Assembly (NCBI GenBank): GCA_048939595.1
Contig: JBHLPI010000014.1
Span: 3,169-35,168 of the forward strand
Source of the DNA: Promethearchaeota archaeon
GTDB lineage: Archaea > Asgardarchaeota > Hermodarchaeia > Hermodarchaeales > Hermodarchaeaceae
Length of the DNA stretch: 32,000 nucleotides
Direction: 5' to 3'
This document shows positions 1 to 9,239 of the stretch, one piece after another. The stretch's first letter is position 1; each line of letters begins with the position of its first letter. Position numbers and translations under genes: made by a program. The notes beneath the pieces are model-generated. The model saw only the letters and a list, made by a program, of their open reading frames with translations. It was not told where the DNA came from and searched no databases.

Positions 1-1
1 G

Positions 2-1495
2 AAAGGACAACTCCTTGCTTTTCTTAATACACGTCGATCTGCTGTAAGAACCGCACAGAAGCTTAGCTCAATAACAGCACCACGGTTGATAAAGACTGAT
101 CAGGCTAAGCTGGGTGACTTAGCTGAGAAACTCCTTCATTTAGGCGAAGTCACACAAGTAACTGACACGCTGACACGTCTCATTCGAGCGGGTGTCGCGT
201 TTCATCATGCCGGACTTCGATACTCTGAACGCAAACTCATTGAAGAAGCATTCCGAAACAACTTGATTAAGGTCGTTTGCGCCACTCCGACCCTTGCGAT
301 TGGCGTAAATTTACCTGCACGAGTCGTGGTGATTCAAGAGTATCGTCGATTTGATAGAATCGAGGGCTACCAACCAATTCCCGTTTTAGAATACAAGCAG
401 ATGGCAGGACGTGCAGGAAGACCGAAATATGATACCACTGGAACTGCTATTCTCATCTCACGAAACGAAGGCGAACGCGATTTTCTTCTAGATTACTATA
501 CGCTCGGAACACCTGAAAGCATCATTTCAAAACTTGCCAGCGAATCCGCACTCCGAAGCCATGTGCTTTCAACTATTGCCATGAATTATGCGTCAAGTAA
601 AGATGGTATAATGGAATTCATCAGGCAAACCTTCTTCGGGCATCAACGGGACCCGGATGAAGTTGAATACATGATAGATTTAATCGTCAAATTTCTCAAA
701 GATGAAACGCTCCTCAAGCAACAAGGGAAGCGATTATCTGCTACACCCTTTGGCCGACGTGTTTCTCAGTTGTATATTGATCCCAAATCTGCTGTCATCA
801 TCCGCGATGGACTTGCCAAAGCGGTTAAACAATATGAAAACACTACTGACGTGTCTTTTCTGCATATGGTTTGTCATACACCTGATATGGCGAATCTCTA
901 TCTGCGACGGGGAGAAGATGAGCGGTTTCATGACTATGTCATCGAACACATTGATGAATTCTTAACACCGATACCGGATCCGCGGCATCACAGAGAGCGA
1001 TACGAGTTTTTTTTGGCAGAGGTGAAAACTGCCCTATTAGTTAAAGCTTGGATTGAAGAGCTTCCCGAAGATCAAATTATCAGTCAATTCAAGATTGGAT
1101 CAGGAGACCTTCTCCGATTAGTAGATACCCAAAAATGGCTCCTTTATGCCTGTCACGAGCTTGCGCCGATATTTGGCTATCAAACAGCTGTTTCTGATCT
1201 CGAAGAGTTAGAGTTGCGGACAAGATATGGAGTAAGACGCGAACTCACAGATTTAGTCGAATTGCAAGGTATTGGTCGTGTTCGAGCAAGATTTCTCTTC
1301 AGAGCTGGATTCATTTCCCAGAATCGAATTCGAGACGCCCCTTTAGACCAGCTAGCAGCTGTACCAACCATTGGCTCCCAAATTGCGCTTTCAATCAAAC
1401 AGCAATGTGGCGGGGTAGTCAATCCAGAAGAAGAACAAGCGTTAAAGGATACGCGACGACAAACTAGCAGACAGACGCAATTAACACTGGATTAA
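2..1495 (+). CDS. hel308: Ski2-like / Hel308-type helicase, C-terminal part (5' end lies upstream of the window)
   Basis: The frame is open from nt 2; KGQLLAFLNTRRSAVRTAQKL precedes the listed TTG/Met. Helicase C-domain motifs VAFHHAGL, ATPTLAIGVNLPA and QMAGRAGR are followed by a winged-helix/ratchet-like region and a C-terminal helix-hairpin-helix (LQGIGRVRARFL, VPTIGSQIA). Confidence 0.85.
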   Translation, partial: KGQLLAFLNTRRSAVRTAQKLSSITAPRLIKTDQAKLGDLAEKLLHLGEVTQVTDTLTRLIRAGVAFHHAGLRYSERKLIEEAFRNNLIKVVCATPTLAIGVNLPARVVVIQEYRRFDRIEGYQPIPVLEYKQMAGRAGRPKYDTTGTAILISRNEGERDFLLDYYTLGTPESIISKLASESALRSHVLSTIAMNYASSKDGIMEFIRQTFFGHQRDPDEVEYMIDLIVKFLKDETLLKQQGKRLSATPFGRRVSQLYIDPKSAVIIRDGLAKAVKQYENTTDVSFLHMVCHTPDMANLYLRRGEDERFHDYVIEHIDEFLTPIPDPRHHRERYEFFLAEVKTALLVKAWIEELPEDQIISQFKIGSGDLLRLVDTQKWLLYACHELAPIFGYQTAVSDLEELELRTRYGVRRELTDLVELQGIGRVRARFLFRAGFISQNRIRDAPLDQLAAVPTIGSQIALSIKQQCGGVVNPEEEQALKDTRRQTSRQTQLTLD

Positions 1496-1524
1496 GCTCT
1501 TCCACAAATTTCGAGGTTATCTAC

Positions 1525-2589
1525 GTGCCGACTGGTTTATTCTATCATCCTGCCTTTCTGGAACACGAAATGGGTTTTAGCCACCCTGAACGCCCAGAAC
1601 GCTTGACGGCTGTCTTAAAGTTTCTTGAAGAAAAGCAGGTATTCAAGAATGAAGATATTGCTTTGGTTACCCCTTTAGCAGTTAAACTGAATGAATTAGA
1701 ACGGGTTCATCCAAAAGATTACATCGACCTCATTCGTAATGCGTCAGAACGAGAAGCTCGATTAGATGCTGACACCAGGACTTCAAAGGGTTCCTACAAT
1801 GCTGCTATCCTAGCGGCTGGGGCAGGTATCACGGCTTGGGAACAGATTCAAGCAGGGAAACTCGACAATGCGTTTGCCCTTGTTCGTCCTCCTGGGCATC
1901 ATGCGAACGAACAATCTGCCCGGGGTTTCTGTTTATTTAACAATATATCCGTTCTTGCCCGACACATCACAGCAACGGTTCCTGATAGTCGTGTTCTAAT
2001 TGTTGATATTGATGCCCACCATGGGAATGGGACTCAAGAAATTCATTATACAGAATCTGACATCCTCTATCTCGGGTTGCATCAAGACGGACGTACTCTT
2101 TATCCGGGATATTCAGGTTATCCAGATGAACTAGGAGAAAAGGATGGAAAGGGGTTCAATATCAATCTCCCATTACCCCCCGGAACCACAGACCACTCTT
2201 TTCTCAAAGGTCTCACGACACTTTTTCCTCCAATCGTTGGGCAATTTCATCCCACAGCCATCCTCGTCTCTGCTGGCTACGATGCCCATTTCCGTGATTA
2301 CCTCACTGGTCTCCAATTTAGTGCAGAAGCTTACTATGAGGCAACAAAAGCAATCATGGACGCTGCCCAGAAATACTGCCACGGTAAAGTAATCATGTTC
2401 TTAGAAGGAGGTTATGATCTACAAGCCTTAGCTGAATCGATATACAATACTCTCATTGCCATGAGCTATCAAAGTGACCCTATCCAAGAAAAACCACCAG
2501 TTGAAGACCCACGCATTGACAAATATCTGGAAACCCTTCTTAAGGAAATCAAAAGGCTTCTCAAACCATGGTGGACCTTCAATAGGTAA
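1525..2589 (+). CDS. Histone-deacetylase-family Zn-dependent deacetylase (AcuC / acetylpolyamine amidohydrolase-like)
   Basis: Motifs RPPGHHA, DIDAHHGNGTQ, SAGYDAH and LEGGY. GTG start lies 7 nt downstream of GAGGT. Confidence 0.85.
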   Translation: MPTGLFYHPAFLEHEMGFSHPERPERLTAVLKFLEEKQVFKNEDIALVTPLAVKLNELERVHPKDYIDLIRNASEREARLDADTRTSKGSYNAAILAAGAGITAWEQIQAGKLDNAFALVRPPGHHANEQSARGFCLFNNISVLARHITATVPDSRVLIVDIDAHHGNGTQEIHYTESDILYLGLHQDGRTLYPGYSGYPDELGEKDGKGFNINLPLPPGTTDHSFLKGLTTLFPPIVGQFHPTAILVSAGYDAHFRDYLTGLQFSAEAYYEATKAIMDAAQKYCHGKVIMFLEGGYDLQALAESIYNTLIAMSYQSDPIQEKPPVEDPRIDKYLETLLKEIKRLLKPWWTFNR

Positions 2590-2604
2590 TAATGTAAAAG
2601 AAAG

Positions 2605-2738
2605 TGGTGGGCCGGCCGCGATTTGAACGCGGGATCACCTGAAAGAGGGTCACCAAATAACTAGCAACCACGCCCCAGGCAGGCATCATACCATTCTAGC
2701 CAAAGGCAGCTGCCGGTCGGGATCTAGACCACCGGCCC
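2605..2738 (-). tRNA. tRNA-Pro (anticodon GGG) with two introns and encoded CCA
   Basis: Minus strand reads GGGCCGG...CCGGCCC-A-CCA, with T-arm CCGCG-UUCAAAU-CGCGG. The gene is 134 nt. Intron 1 is 28 nt in the D-loop (2694-2721): H/H' CUAG/CUAG, bulges AUC and AAU. Intron 2 is 29 nt (2642-2670): H/H' GGGG/CUCU, bulges CGU and UUC, 8-bp inner hairpin. Cutting after the 2nd bulge nucleotide gives the anticodon arm CCUGC-CUGGGGC-GCAGG. Confidence 0.85.
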
Positions 2739-2850
2739 ATAGACTTGCTGTTAGAATTCACAAGTCCTTTTAATGTCTTTTCTAGGAAAAAGTATTCCAA
2801 CAATCCTTGGACCTTATTCAGCATTACGAGTATATTGGTTATGATTTTTA

Positions 2851-3867
2851 CTACTGTTCGTGCTTATTCTCAAGATACCCATGCTTGTAATACCAGGCAA
2901 TTAATTCTCTCAATGCTTCTTGCATTGAGGTTTTTGGTGACCAACGAAGAAGCTTTCTTGCCTTCGCATTAGAAAACAAGCGGTTTTCATCCATACTCTG
3001 CACGGTTTTCATATGCCATAAGAAAGTCGTTCTTTGTCGATTCTTGAAAGGACTCAAAATTCCGATTCCAAGCTTGGCAAGTGCGGTCGGAACTTTTCTT
3101 TTTGGAGGTGCAACTCCCAGCTCGGTTCCTAAGAATTCAAAGAGCTCATTGTAAGTCATACCTTCGTCCGGGCACAGGATTATTGTCTCATTCTTTGCTT
3201 CTGCAGATTCTATTGCGGCAATGATGCCGCTGATCACATCCTCGACATATGTGTACATTAGAGTCTTTTCACCATCACCGGGAGTCATAGGTATTTGTCC
3301 TTCATTGACTGCTTGGATAGTTTCGAAAACTGTGTAAAGTTCACCTTCTCCAATTACACCTGTAGGTCGTAAAATCACATGGTTCAGAGCGGTATCCAAA
3401 GAACTAGCTCTTACAATTTCTTCAGCTTCTACCTTGCTTTTTGAATAATCAAATTGTGGACGGAGAGGTGAACTCTCGTCACCTGGTGGGTTTTCAACGG
3501 GTCCAATCACTTCTGTTGTGGAGATATAAATCAGTCGAGACACAGAAGCCTGAATACAAGCGTTAACAAGATTCTGAGTGCCTTCTACGTTTACACGATA
3601 AAGCAGTTTTTTGTCTTTAGGATAAAAATCAAAATATGCAGCTAAATGGATGACAACATCAACATCCTGTACCGCCTTTTCTAACGAGTTAGTGTCCAGC
3701 ATATCTCCATCAATAAGTTCGAGTGTTTTAGGCAAATCCGTTACATTGCTAGTTTTGCGAACAAGAGCTGAAACATCATGCTGGTCTTCGATAAGTTTGC
3801 TTACCAATTTACGACCAATAAATCCTGTTGCCCCGGTTACAAGAATTCTCATAGATTTCACACTCAC
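2851..3867 (-). CDS. NAD-dependent epimerase/dehydratase (extended SDR family)
   Basis: N-terminal Rossmann motif VTGATGFIGRKL, a YxxxK-type region (YSKSKVEAE), 338 aa. Confidence 0.8.
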   Translation of the reverse strand: MSVKSMRILVTGATGFIGRKLVSKLIEDQHDVSALVRKTSNVTDLPKTLELIDGDMLDTNSLEKAVQDVDVVIHLAAYFDFYPKDKKLLYRVNVEGTQNLVNACIQASVSRLIYISTTEVIGPVENPPGDESSPLRPQFDYSKSKVEAEEIVRASSLDTALNHVILRPTGVIGEGELYTVFETIQAVNEGQIPMTPGDGEKTLMYTYVEDVISGIIAAIESAEAKNETIILCPDEGMTYNELFEFLGTELGVAPPKRKVPTALAKLGIGILSPFKNRQRTTFLWHMKTVQSMDENRLFSNAKARKLLRWSPKTSMQEALRELIAWYYKHGYLENKHEQ

Positions 3868-3878
3868 GAATGCCTTGT

Positions 3879-4457
3879 CTATGTCTCCTTGGTTTCATTT
3901 AGTGATTTCACAGACAAATCCTCATATATCGGCCCCTTAGGAGTTAACGTACTTTTTTTCAACTTAATCGACTTGACCCGAAATTTACCGAAATCTTTGT
4001 TTTCATTTTGTCGGACGATTTCCATCAGTTGGTCCCGTTTTAAGCTGCTCCGAACTCGTACCACTGTCAAATGAGGTGAATACTTACGTTTCTCAGAGGG
4101 AAAACGATTGGCACGAAGTTCACGGCCAATGGTTTTCTGATGTTGGATAATTTGTTCTGATCCACCAGTGCAACCAATCCAAATCACACGGGGTCGCTGG
4201 GGTCGGAAGCAACCAAGACCTAAAAGCTCCACTTCAAACACGTTTCCTTCGATATTCTGTAAAATTTCTGATAAACCATCGATTCGTGACTCATCGATAT
4301 TTCCTAAAAAATGAAGAGTAAAATGAAGATTTTGAGGTTCTACAAGTTTCAGTTTGGCCCCGCTTGACTGAAGCTCTTGTTGGATTCGATTGATTTGACG
4401 AAGTACATCTGGATCTTCTACTTCAATTGCAATGAAACACCGAATTGCTGCCATCAT
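3879..4457 (-). CDS. thpR: 2H-phosphoesterase: RNA 2',3'-cyclic phosphodiesterase / 2'-5' RNA ligase (LigT/ThpR)
   Basis: Two H-x-T/S-x motifs (HFTLHFLG and HLTVVRV) with the spacing typical of the family; 192 aa. Confidence 0.8.
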   Translation of the reverse strand: MMAAIRCFIAIEVEDPDVLRQINRIQQELQSSGAKLKLVEPQNLHFTLHFLGNIDESRIDGLSEILQNIEGNVFEVELLGLGCFRPQRPRVIWIGCTGGSEQIIQHQKTIGRELRANRFPSEKRKYSPHLTVVRVRSSLKRDQLMEIVRQNENKDFGKFRVKSIKLKKSTLTPKGPIYEDLSVKSLNETKET

Positions 4458-4555
4458 ATATCTGCTCCAATATTTTTACGATAAATCAGCAGGAAACTTT
4501 ATATGATTCTCCCTTCCCAAAGGCGAACAGCTTGCTTTTGGGAGGCATCGTTTGG

Positions 4556-5674
4556 TTGAAGACAAAGAAATCATCCCGTTCACGCAAACCGCTTACTGAA
4601 ATCGCACGAACAACTGGTGACCCTCTAACCGAACAGATTATTCCAGCCAAAGTGGTTGTCTTACGTCCTGCAGGTTATCCCTTGGAAGTAAATAGTGCTC
4701 CTACAAACCCCCTCCTTCGGATTCGGGATGAAAAACTCTTTAGCGCTTATGCTGTTGACCAATGGCAAGGAATCAAGGTAAAACCCACTGATTATTTATT
4801 CGACCAGCTTCTCCTTCCCGACTTCGCCTTTGAAGTCGTTTCAGTCACTCCTACTGAATCCCATATTGTTGCAGACACCCAAATCCAGCTCATTGAACCT
4901 CCCGAGATAGGTCCGACTAAAGGTCGGAAAGTGAGCTTCGATGACGTAATTGGCCACGAAGATGCTAAAGCGAAATGTCTTATTATTCAAAAATACATAG
5001 CCAATCCTACTCGCTTCGCCGAGTGGGCTCCTCGACGAGTCCTCTTCTATGGTCCTCCTGGAACAGGAAAAACAATGTTAGCGCGAGCTTTAGCCTGGGA
5101 GACCGATACAGAATTTGCCTATGTTAAAGCAACCTCATTGATAGGTCAACATGTCGGGGCGGGTGCGGACAAGGTCAATAAACTCTTTGAAGACATCGTT
5201 CGTAAGAAGCCCTGTATCGTTTTCATTGATGAAATCGACTCAATTGGTCTCGATCGAGGATTTCAATCAGTCCGAGGAGATGTAACTGAAGTTGTTAACT
5301 CTCTCATCTCACAATTCGACCTAATTGAAGAGCAAGAGGGGGTTGTTGTAATCGCAGCAACTAATAGTCGTGAATTTTTGGACTCTGCCTTACGCAGCCG
5401 GTTTGAGGAAGAAATCGATTTTCCCCTACCTGATTTCAATGATCGGCTTCGAATTCTTAAGAAATATTCTACAAGTCTCCCAATGCCTGTTGCTGCCGAC
5501 TTAGAATCTCTCGCTCGGCGAACAGAAGGCTATTCAGGGCGCGATTTGAAAGATCGGGTCCTCAAAGGAGCACTCCACCACGCGCTTTCTAAAGGTCTTT
5601 CCACGCTCGACGAATCCACCTTCCAACATGTAGAAATAATTCAAGCTTCCAAGGACAAGAGTTTGTATAAATAG
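4556..5674 (+). CDS. AAA+ ATPase, single AAA module with a CDC48-like N-domain
   Basis: Walker A GPPGTGKT, Walker B IVFIDEID, sensor ATNS. The ORF is open from 4445, but TTG 4556 sits 10 nt after GGGAGG and about 55 nt after a TTTATAT box (4498-4504), and it avoids overlap with the divergent thpR start. Confidence 0.75.
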   Translation: MKTKKSSRSRKPLTEIARTTGDPLTEQIIPAKVVVLRPAGYPLEVNSAPTNPLLRIRDEKLFSAYAVDQWQGIKVKPTDYLFDQLLLPDFAFEVVSVTPTESHIVADTQIQLIEPPEIGPTKGRKVSFDDVIGHEDAKAKCLIIQKYIANPTRFAEWAPRRVLFYGPPGTGKTMLARALAWETDTEFAYVKATSLIGQHVGAGADKVNKLFEDIVRKKPCIVFIDEIDSIGLDRGFQSVRGDVTEVVNSLISQFDLIEEQEGVVVIAATNSREFLDSALRSRFEEEIDFPLPDFNDRLRILKKYSTSLPMPVAADLESLARRTEGYSGRDLKDRVLKGALHHALSKGLSTLDESTFQHVEIIQASKDKSLYK

Positions 5675-5690
5675 TCTTTAAGCTCGAACC

Positions 5691-6257
5691 GTGGTTACAT
5701 TGCCTGTAAAAACTGCCATCATTTTTTGTGGAATGCCCGGTTCAGGAAAATCCATTGGTGCTACTGTAGCAAAAGATCTTGGAATCCCTGTCTTTGTAAT
5801 GGGAGACGTTGTTCGCGAAGAGGTTTCAAAGCGCCAACTACCTCATACTCCTCAAAGTCTTGGGCAAGTGATGATTAACCTTCGTGAGCAGTTTGGTCCA
5901 GCAATCATCGCTCAACGAATAATCAAGAAACTACAGAGTACTTCTTATCCTCATGTGGTTATAGATGGTGCACGAAGTGAAGCCGAAATTGAGGAGTTCA
6001 GAAAGGCTATTTCTCAAATTTGCATCGTAGCCGTTCACGCATCTCCCCAAATACGGTTCCAACGTCTAAGTCAGCGTGGTCGTGAGGATGACACACTAAC
6101 TCATGAAGCTTTTCATGAACGAGACGCCCGCGAACTGGATGTCGGAATAGGGCGGTTAATCGCCCAAGCAGATATTATGATTATAAATGAAGGTGAATAC
6201 GAAGAACTCAAATCTAAAATCCATCAGGTTCTTATCCAAACCTTCAATCTAGATTAG
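5691..6257 (+). CDS. P-loop nucleotide-kinase-like protein (UPF0200 / dephospho-CoA-kinase-like family)
   Basis: Motif CGMPGSGKS, about 188 aa, and the MGDVVREE region typical of archaeal UPF0200 proteins. GTG start. Confidence 0.65.
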   Translation: MVTLPVKTAIIFCGMPGSGKSIGATVAKDLGIPVFVMGDVVREEVSKRQLPHTPQSLGQVMINLREQFGPAIIAQRIIKKLQSTSYPHVVIDGARSEAEIEEFRKAISQICIVAVHASPQIRFQRLSQRGREDDTLTHEAFHERDARELDVGIGRLIAQADIMIINEGEYEELKSKIHQVLIQTFNLD

Positions 6258-6275
6258 TTACTGGGGGAGCCACCA

Positions 6276-6713
6276 ATCATCAAAACCAAATTATGGGCCG
6301 ATATTAAGCCAACTGAAAGTGTGAAAAAGGTCCAGAAAGCTTTTGAAAATCTCTGTCCACCAGTAATCGCTGAGACCAGATCTGATCCAGAATTCGGAAA
6401 TGTATTAATTGGCAAGGCCAACGGACCCGAGTCCATTGCCATGTTTGCAAGAAAGTTCCGAGAACAACGAATACTGGAAGCGGTACGACAACAGCTTCTC
6501 AAGTCGGTCAATGGTAATCTGCTTGTGTTCGGTATGCAACGACAGGCTGCCCTCATGAATCGTTTTCATTTATGTGACCTAGATGATTATTCAGCTATGG
6601 GACCAATCCGAGTAGAGATTCAAGCTGATTATATTCAAGATGTGATTGATTTCATTAGCCCTCCTACTATGAAAGGGAAACCCCAAGTGCGAAACGATTT
6701 GAAATTAGAATAG
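6276..6713 (+). CDS. UPF0201 (COG1931-type) small protein; start codon unresolved, AUC 6276 proposed
   Basis: The family-like N-terminus (I)IKTKLWADIKPTESVKKVQKAFENL lies upstream of the first canonical start (GTG 6321). The frame is open from 6258. GGGGGAG (6263-6269) is 6 nt before ATC 6276. Confidence 0.6.
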   Translation: MIKTKLWADIKPTESVKKVQKAFENLCPPVIAETRSDPEFGNVLIGKANGPESIAMFARKFREQRILEAVRQQLLKSVNGNLLVFGMQRQAALMNRFHLCDLDDYSAMGPIRVEIQADYIQDVIDFISPPTMKGKPQVRNDLKLE

Positions 6714-6724
6714 GGGTTGCACTT

Positions 6725-7651
6725 TCACTTGGTTGAGGTGAGTTCAATAATATCTAAGTCATTTGGAGCAAAACTTTCAGGAAAAATCGTTTGAGCCTCA
6801 GATTCGTGTTCCTCATGAGATGCGTAACGGGGGCTAATATGAACCAACGCGAGTCGCTGAACAACAGCATCGGAGGCGATTTGGGCCGCTTGCGCCGCAG
6901 TAGAATGTTCGTATTTCTCTGCATTTTCTTTATGTAATTCAGTAAATGTCGCATCATGAATCAGCAAGCTAGCATGCTTTGCGACCTTGGCTAAATTTGG
7001 ATTTGGCGCAGTATCTCCAGAAAACACAATGCGGAGCCCTTTACGGACTGGGCCTAACACATCTTCTGGCTTGACAATCTTCCCATCAGGTGTTTTAATA
7101 GCCTGTCCCTTGTAGAGCTCTTTGCGAAGGGGACCTGATGGAACACCTAGTTCCTCAGCTTTTCGTACATCAAATCTGCCAGGTGTATCTGAAGTCTGAA
7201 GAATATAGGACAAAGATGCAACACTATGTATGGCAGGTAGGCACTCAACTCGATACTGTTCTTGAATTGAGATTGTTCCATTTTTTACATTCTTAACTGT
7301 TAACGGAAACTCAATATGGGCATGAATCAATTCCAACGTAGTTTCAGTGAACTCTTTTGTACCAACTGGTCCGTAAATAGCCAAAGGTTTCGTCCGGTTC
7401 ATCATCATCATTGTCGAAATCAGTCCTGGTAATCCCAAGACATGGTCTCCATGAAGATGAGTGATGAATATTTCCTGAATCTTATGGGGACTTAATCCGA
7501 TTCGTTGTAATTGGAGCTGTGTTCCTTCACCGCAATCGAAAAGGAGGATTTTCCCTTGGAAATTAATAGCTACCGATGGTGGTGATCGCGCAACTGAAGG
7601 TATCCCACCTCCTACGCCTAAGAAGTAGACTTTTACCGATTTTGCTGTCAA
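6725..7651 (-). CDS. rnz: Ribonuclease Z (tRNA 3' endonuclease, metallo-beta-lactamase fold)
   Basis: HLHGDHVLGLPGL motif, FDCGEGTQ, C-terminal LVHISPRY, 308 aa. Confidence 0.85.
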   Translation of the reverse strand: MTAKSVKVYFLGVGGGIPSVARSPPSVAINFQGKILLFDCGEGTQLQLQRIGLSPHKIQEIFITHLHGDHVLGLPGLISTMMMMNRTKPLAIYGPVGTKEFTETTLELIHAHIEFPLTVKNVKNGTISIQEQYRVECLPAIHSVASLSYILQTSDTPGRFDVRKAEELGVPSGPLRKELYKGQAIKTPDGKIVKPEDVLGPVRKGLRIVFSGDTAPNPNLAKVAKHASLLIHDATFTELHKENAEKYEHSTAAQAAQIASDAVVQRLALVHISPRYASHEEHESEAQTIFPESFAPNDLDIIELTSTK

Positions 7652-7652
7652 T

Positions 7653-8711
7653 TCATTTGCGCTCCAAAACGACGATATGACGATACAAGCTTCGATGTAT
7701 ACGCATGGTGTGCATCTCTTTAATTAAGAAGCTATTAGCGGGAATCATGTCTTGATTAAAATGTTCCTTAGGTAGAGCAAGACTCAGATGACCTCCAGGT
7801 TTTAGAATCGAGGATAAAGACGATAAACTCACTCGAATTAACTCCTTTACTGCCGCTCCTTTTGTCGAACTTGATCGACCATAAGGCGGGTCCGTAGCAA
7901 TTGCCTCAACATTTGCATTACGGATCGAGGGAGCTCGGGCATCTGCCAGACCACCAAAAAATGGTATCCGATAATGTGAAAGATTCTGTTTGCTGCCTGA
8001 AACCATTATGCTATCAATATCAAAGGCCACAGGAATACACCCAATTTCTGCTGCTTCTAGGAGAAGACCTCCGGTCCCACAAAAAGGGTCCACAACATAG
8101 CTTCCTGGTCTAGCTCTGCTGAGATTAACCAGAACCCGTGCAATTTTTGGATGAATAGCACTAGGAACAAAAAAAGGACGGAGCGGGCTTCGTCTTGCAG
8201 AAAAGGCCTTTCGGCTTCTAGATGCCAAATGAGGCCCAAAATAGAATTGATTCTCATTTATTACTCCCAGAAACCATAAATCTGGTGATTCTAAAGCCAC
8301 CTCGACCGTGCCGCTCATTGCCTCCCAGATAATAGATCCAACCTTGCTCTGTAAGTCATCTACATCGAGTTTTGTGGGTTCCCGTTTTAACCTTGTAATC
8401 TTTACACCGAATCGAGTATTAGGCTGAATCCATTGAGTGAAATCAAGGCTTTGGAGTGAATCTAGTATCATATCTTCCCTAGAAGGCATTTCAGCTGCAA
8501 CAACACTTGCGTGGTTTACCAATCCGGCTCGTAAGACAACTCGCAGTGCACCAGTTTGATTCACATCTATTATGAGCAGACGCTTGTCATGCCTTTTAAT
8601 CGAATAGGAATAGCCCTCCGATTCTAATATTGCACATAACTCCGCTTTCGGTAGTGTGGGATGTTCACCTGATAAAATGAATAGACATTTAGAAATCTCA
8701 GGTGAACTCAC
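7653..8711 (-). CDS. THUMP-domain tRNA (guanine-N2)-methyltransferase (Trm-G10 / Trm11-like)
   Basis: An N-terminal THUMP-like region is followed by SAM-MTase motifs DPFCGTGG and DPPYG. The gene is tightly coupled to rnz downstream and to the rimI-like gene upstream. Confidence 0.75.
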   Translation of the reverse strand: MSSPEISKCLFILSGEHPTLPKAELCAILESEGYSYSIKRHDKRLLIIDVNQTGALRVVLRAGLVNHASVVAAEMPSREDMILDSLQSLDFTQWIQPNTRFGVKITRLKREPTKLDVDDLQSKVGSIIWEAMSGTVEVALESPDLWFLGVINENQFYFGPHLASRSRKAFSARRSPLRPFFVPSAIHPKIARVLVNLSRARPGSYVVDPFCGTGGLLLEAAEIGCIPVAFDIDSIMVSGSKQNLSHYRIPFFGGLADARAPSIRNANVEAIATDPPYGRSSSTKGAAVKELIRVSLSSLSSILKPGGHLSLALPKEHFNQDMIPANSFLIKEMHTMRIHRSLYRHIVVLERK

Positions 8712-9166
8712 AAAGATTCCTCCAAATCGCGTTTCATAAATATCGCATCTTCTCCATCCTCATAATAGCCAAGGATTTGTTCGACTTCGCGGAAATGCTG
8801 TTTTTGATAAAAACTCCTCGCACTATTGTTCGAAATTCGAACCTCTAACACTACCTCTTTGCACCTCCGTTTCCTAAGAATATCAACTAAATTAGATATT
8901 AATCGGTGTCCAACGCCCTCACGGCGAGTTCTTCTTCTCACAGCTAAAGAGAGTAAGTGACCCGAGTAATATCCCTGACTTTGTTCAATATCAGCAATGA
9001 TATACCCAACTATCATTTCAGTTTCAACTGCCACTAAGAATAACTCAGGCTTGGTGTTCGCTAAGAATTCGAAAACGTTCAGCGGATATGGATCAGAAAA
9101 GGATTCCCACTCTATTTGCATAATTTGGAGGAGATCCTTCTGCATCACCGAGCGAATTGTAATCAT
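8708..9166 (-). CDS. rimI: GNAT N-alpha-acetyltransferase (RimI / Ard1-like)
   Basis: Acetyl-CoA binding segment LAVRRRTRREGVGHRL; 152 aa; 4-nt overlap with the downstream methyltransferase gene. Confidence 0.75.
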   Translation of the reverse strand: MITIRSVMQKDLLQIMQIEWESFSDPYPLNVFEFLANTKPELFLVAVETEMIVGYIIADIEQSQGYYSGHLLSLAVRRRTRREGVGHRLISNLVDILRKRRCKEVVLEVRISNNSARSFYQKQHFREVEQILGYYEDGEDAIFMKRDLEESL

Positions 9167-9239
9167 TTACAGCATTCCTTACGGTGGATAGAAATACAGG
9201 TGAAACTTTGGGTCTTATCAAGTGTTGAGGCGACTGTTC

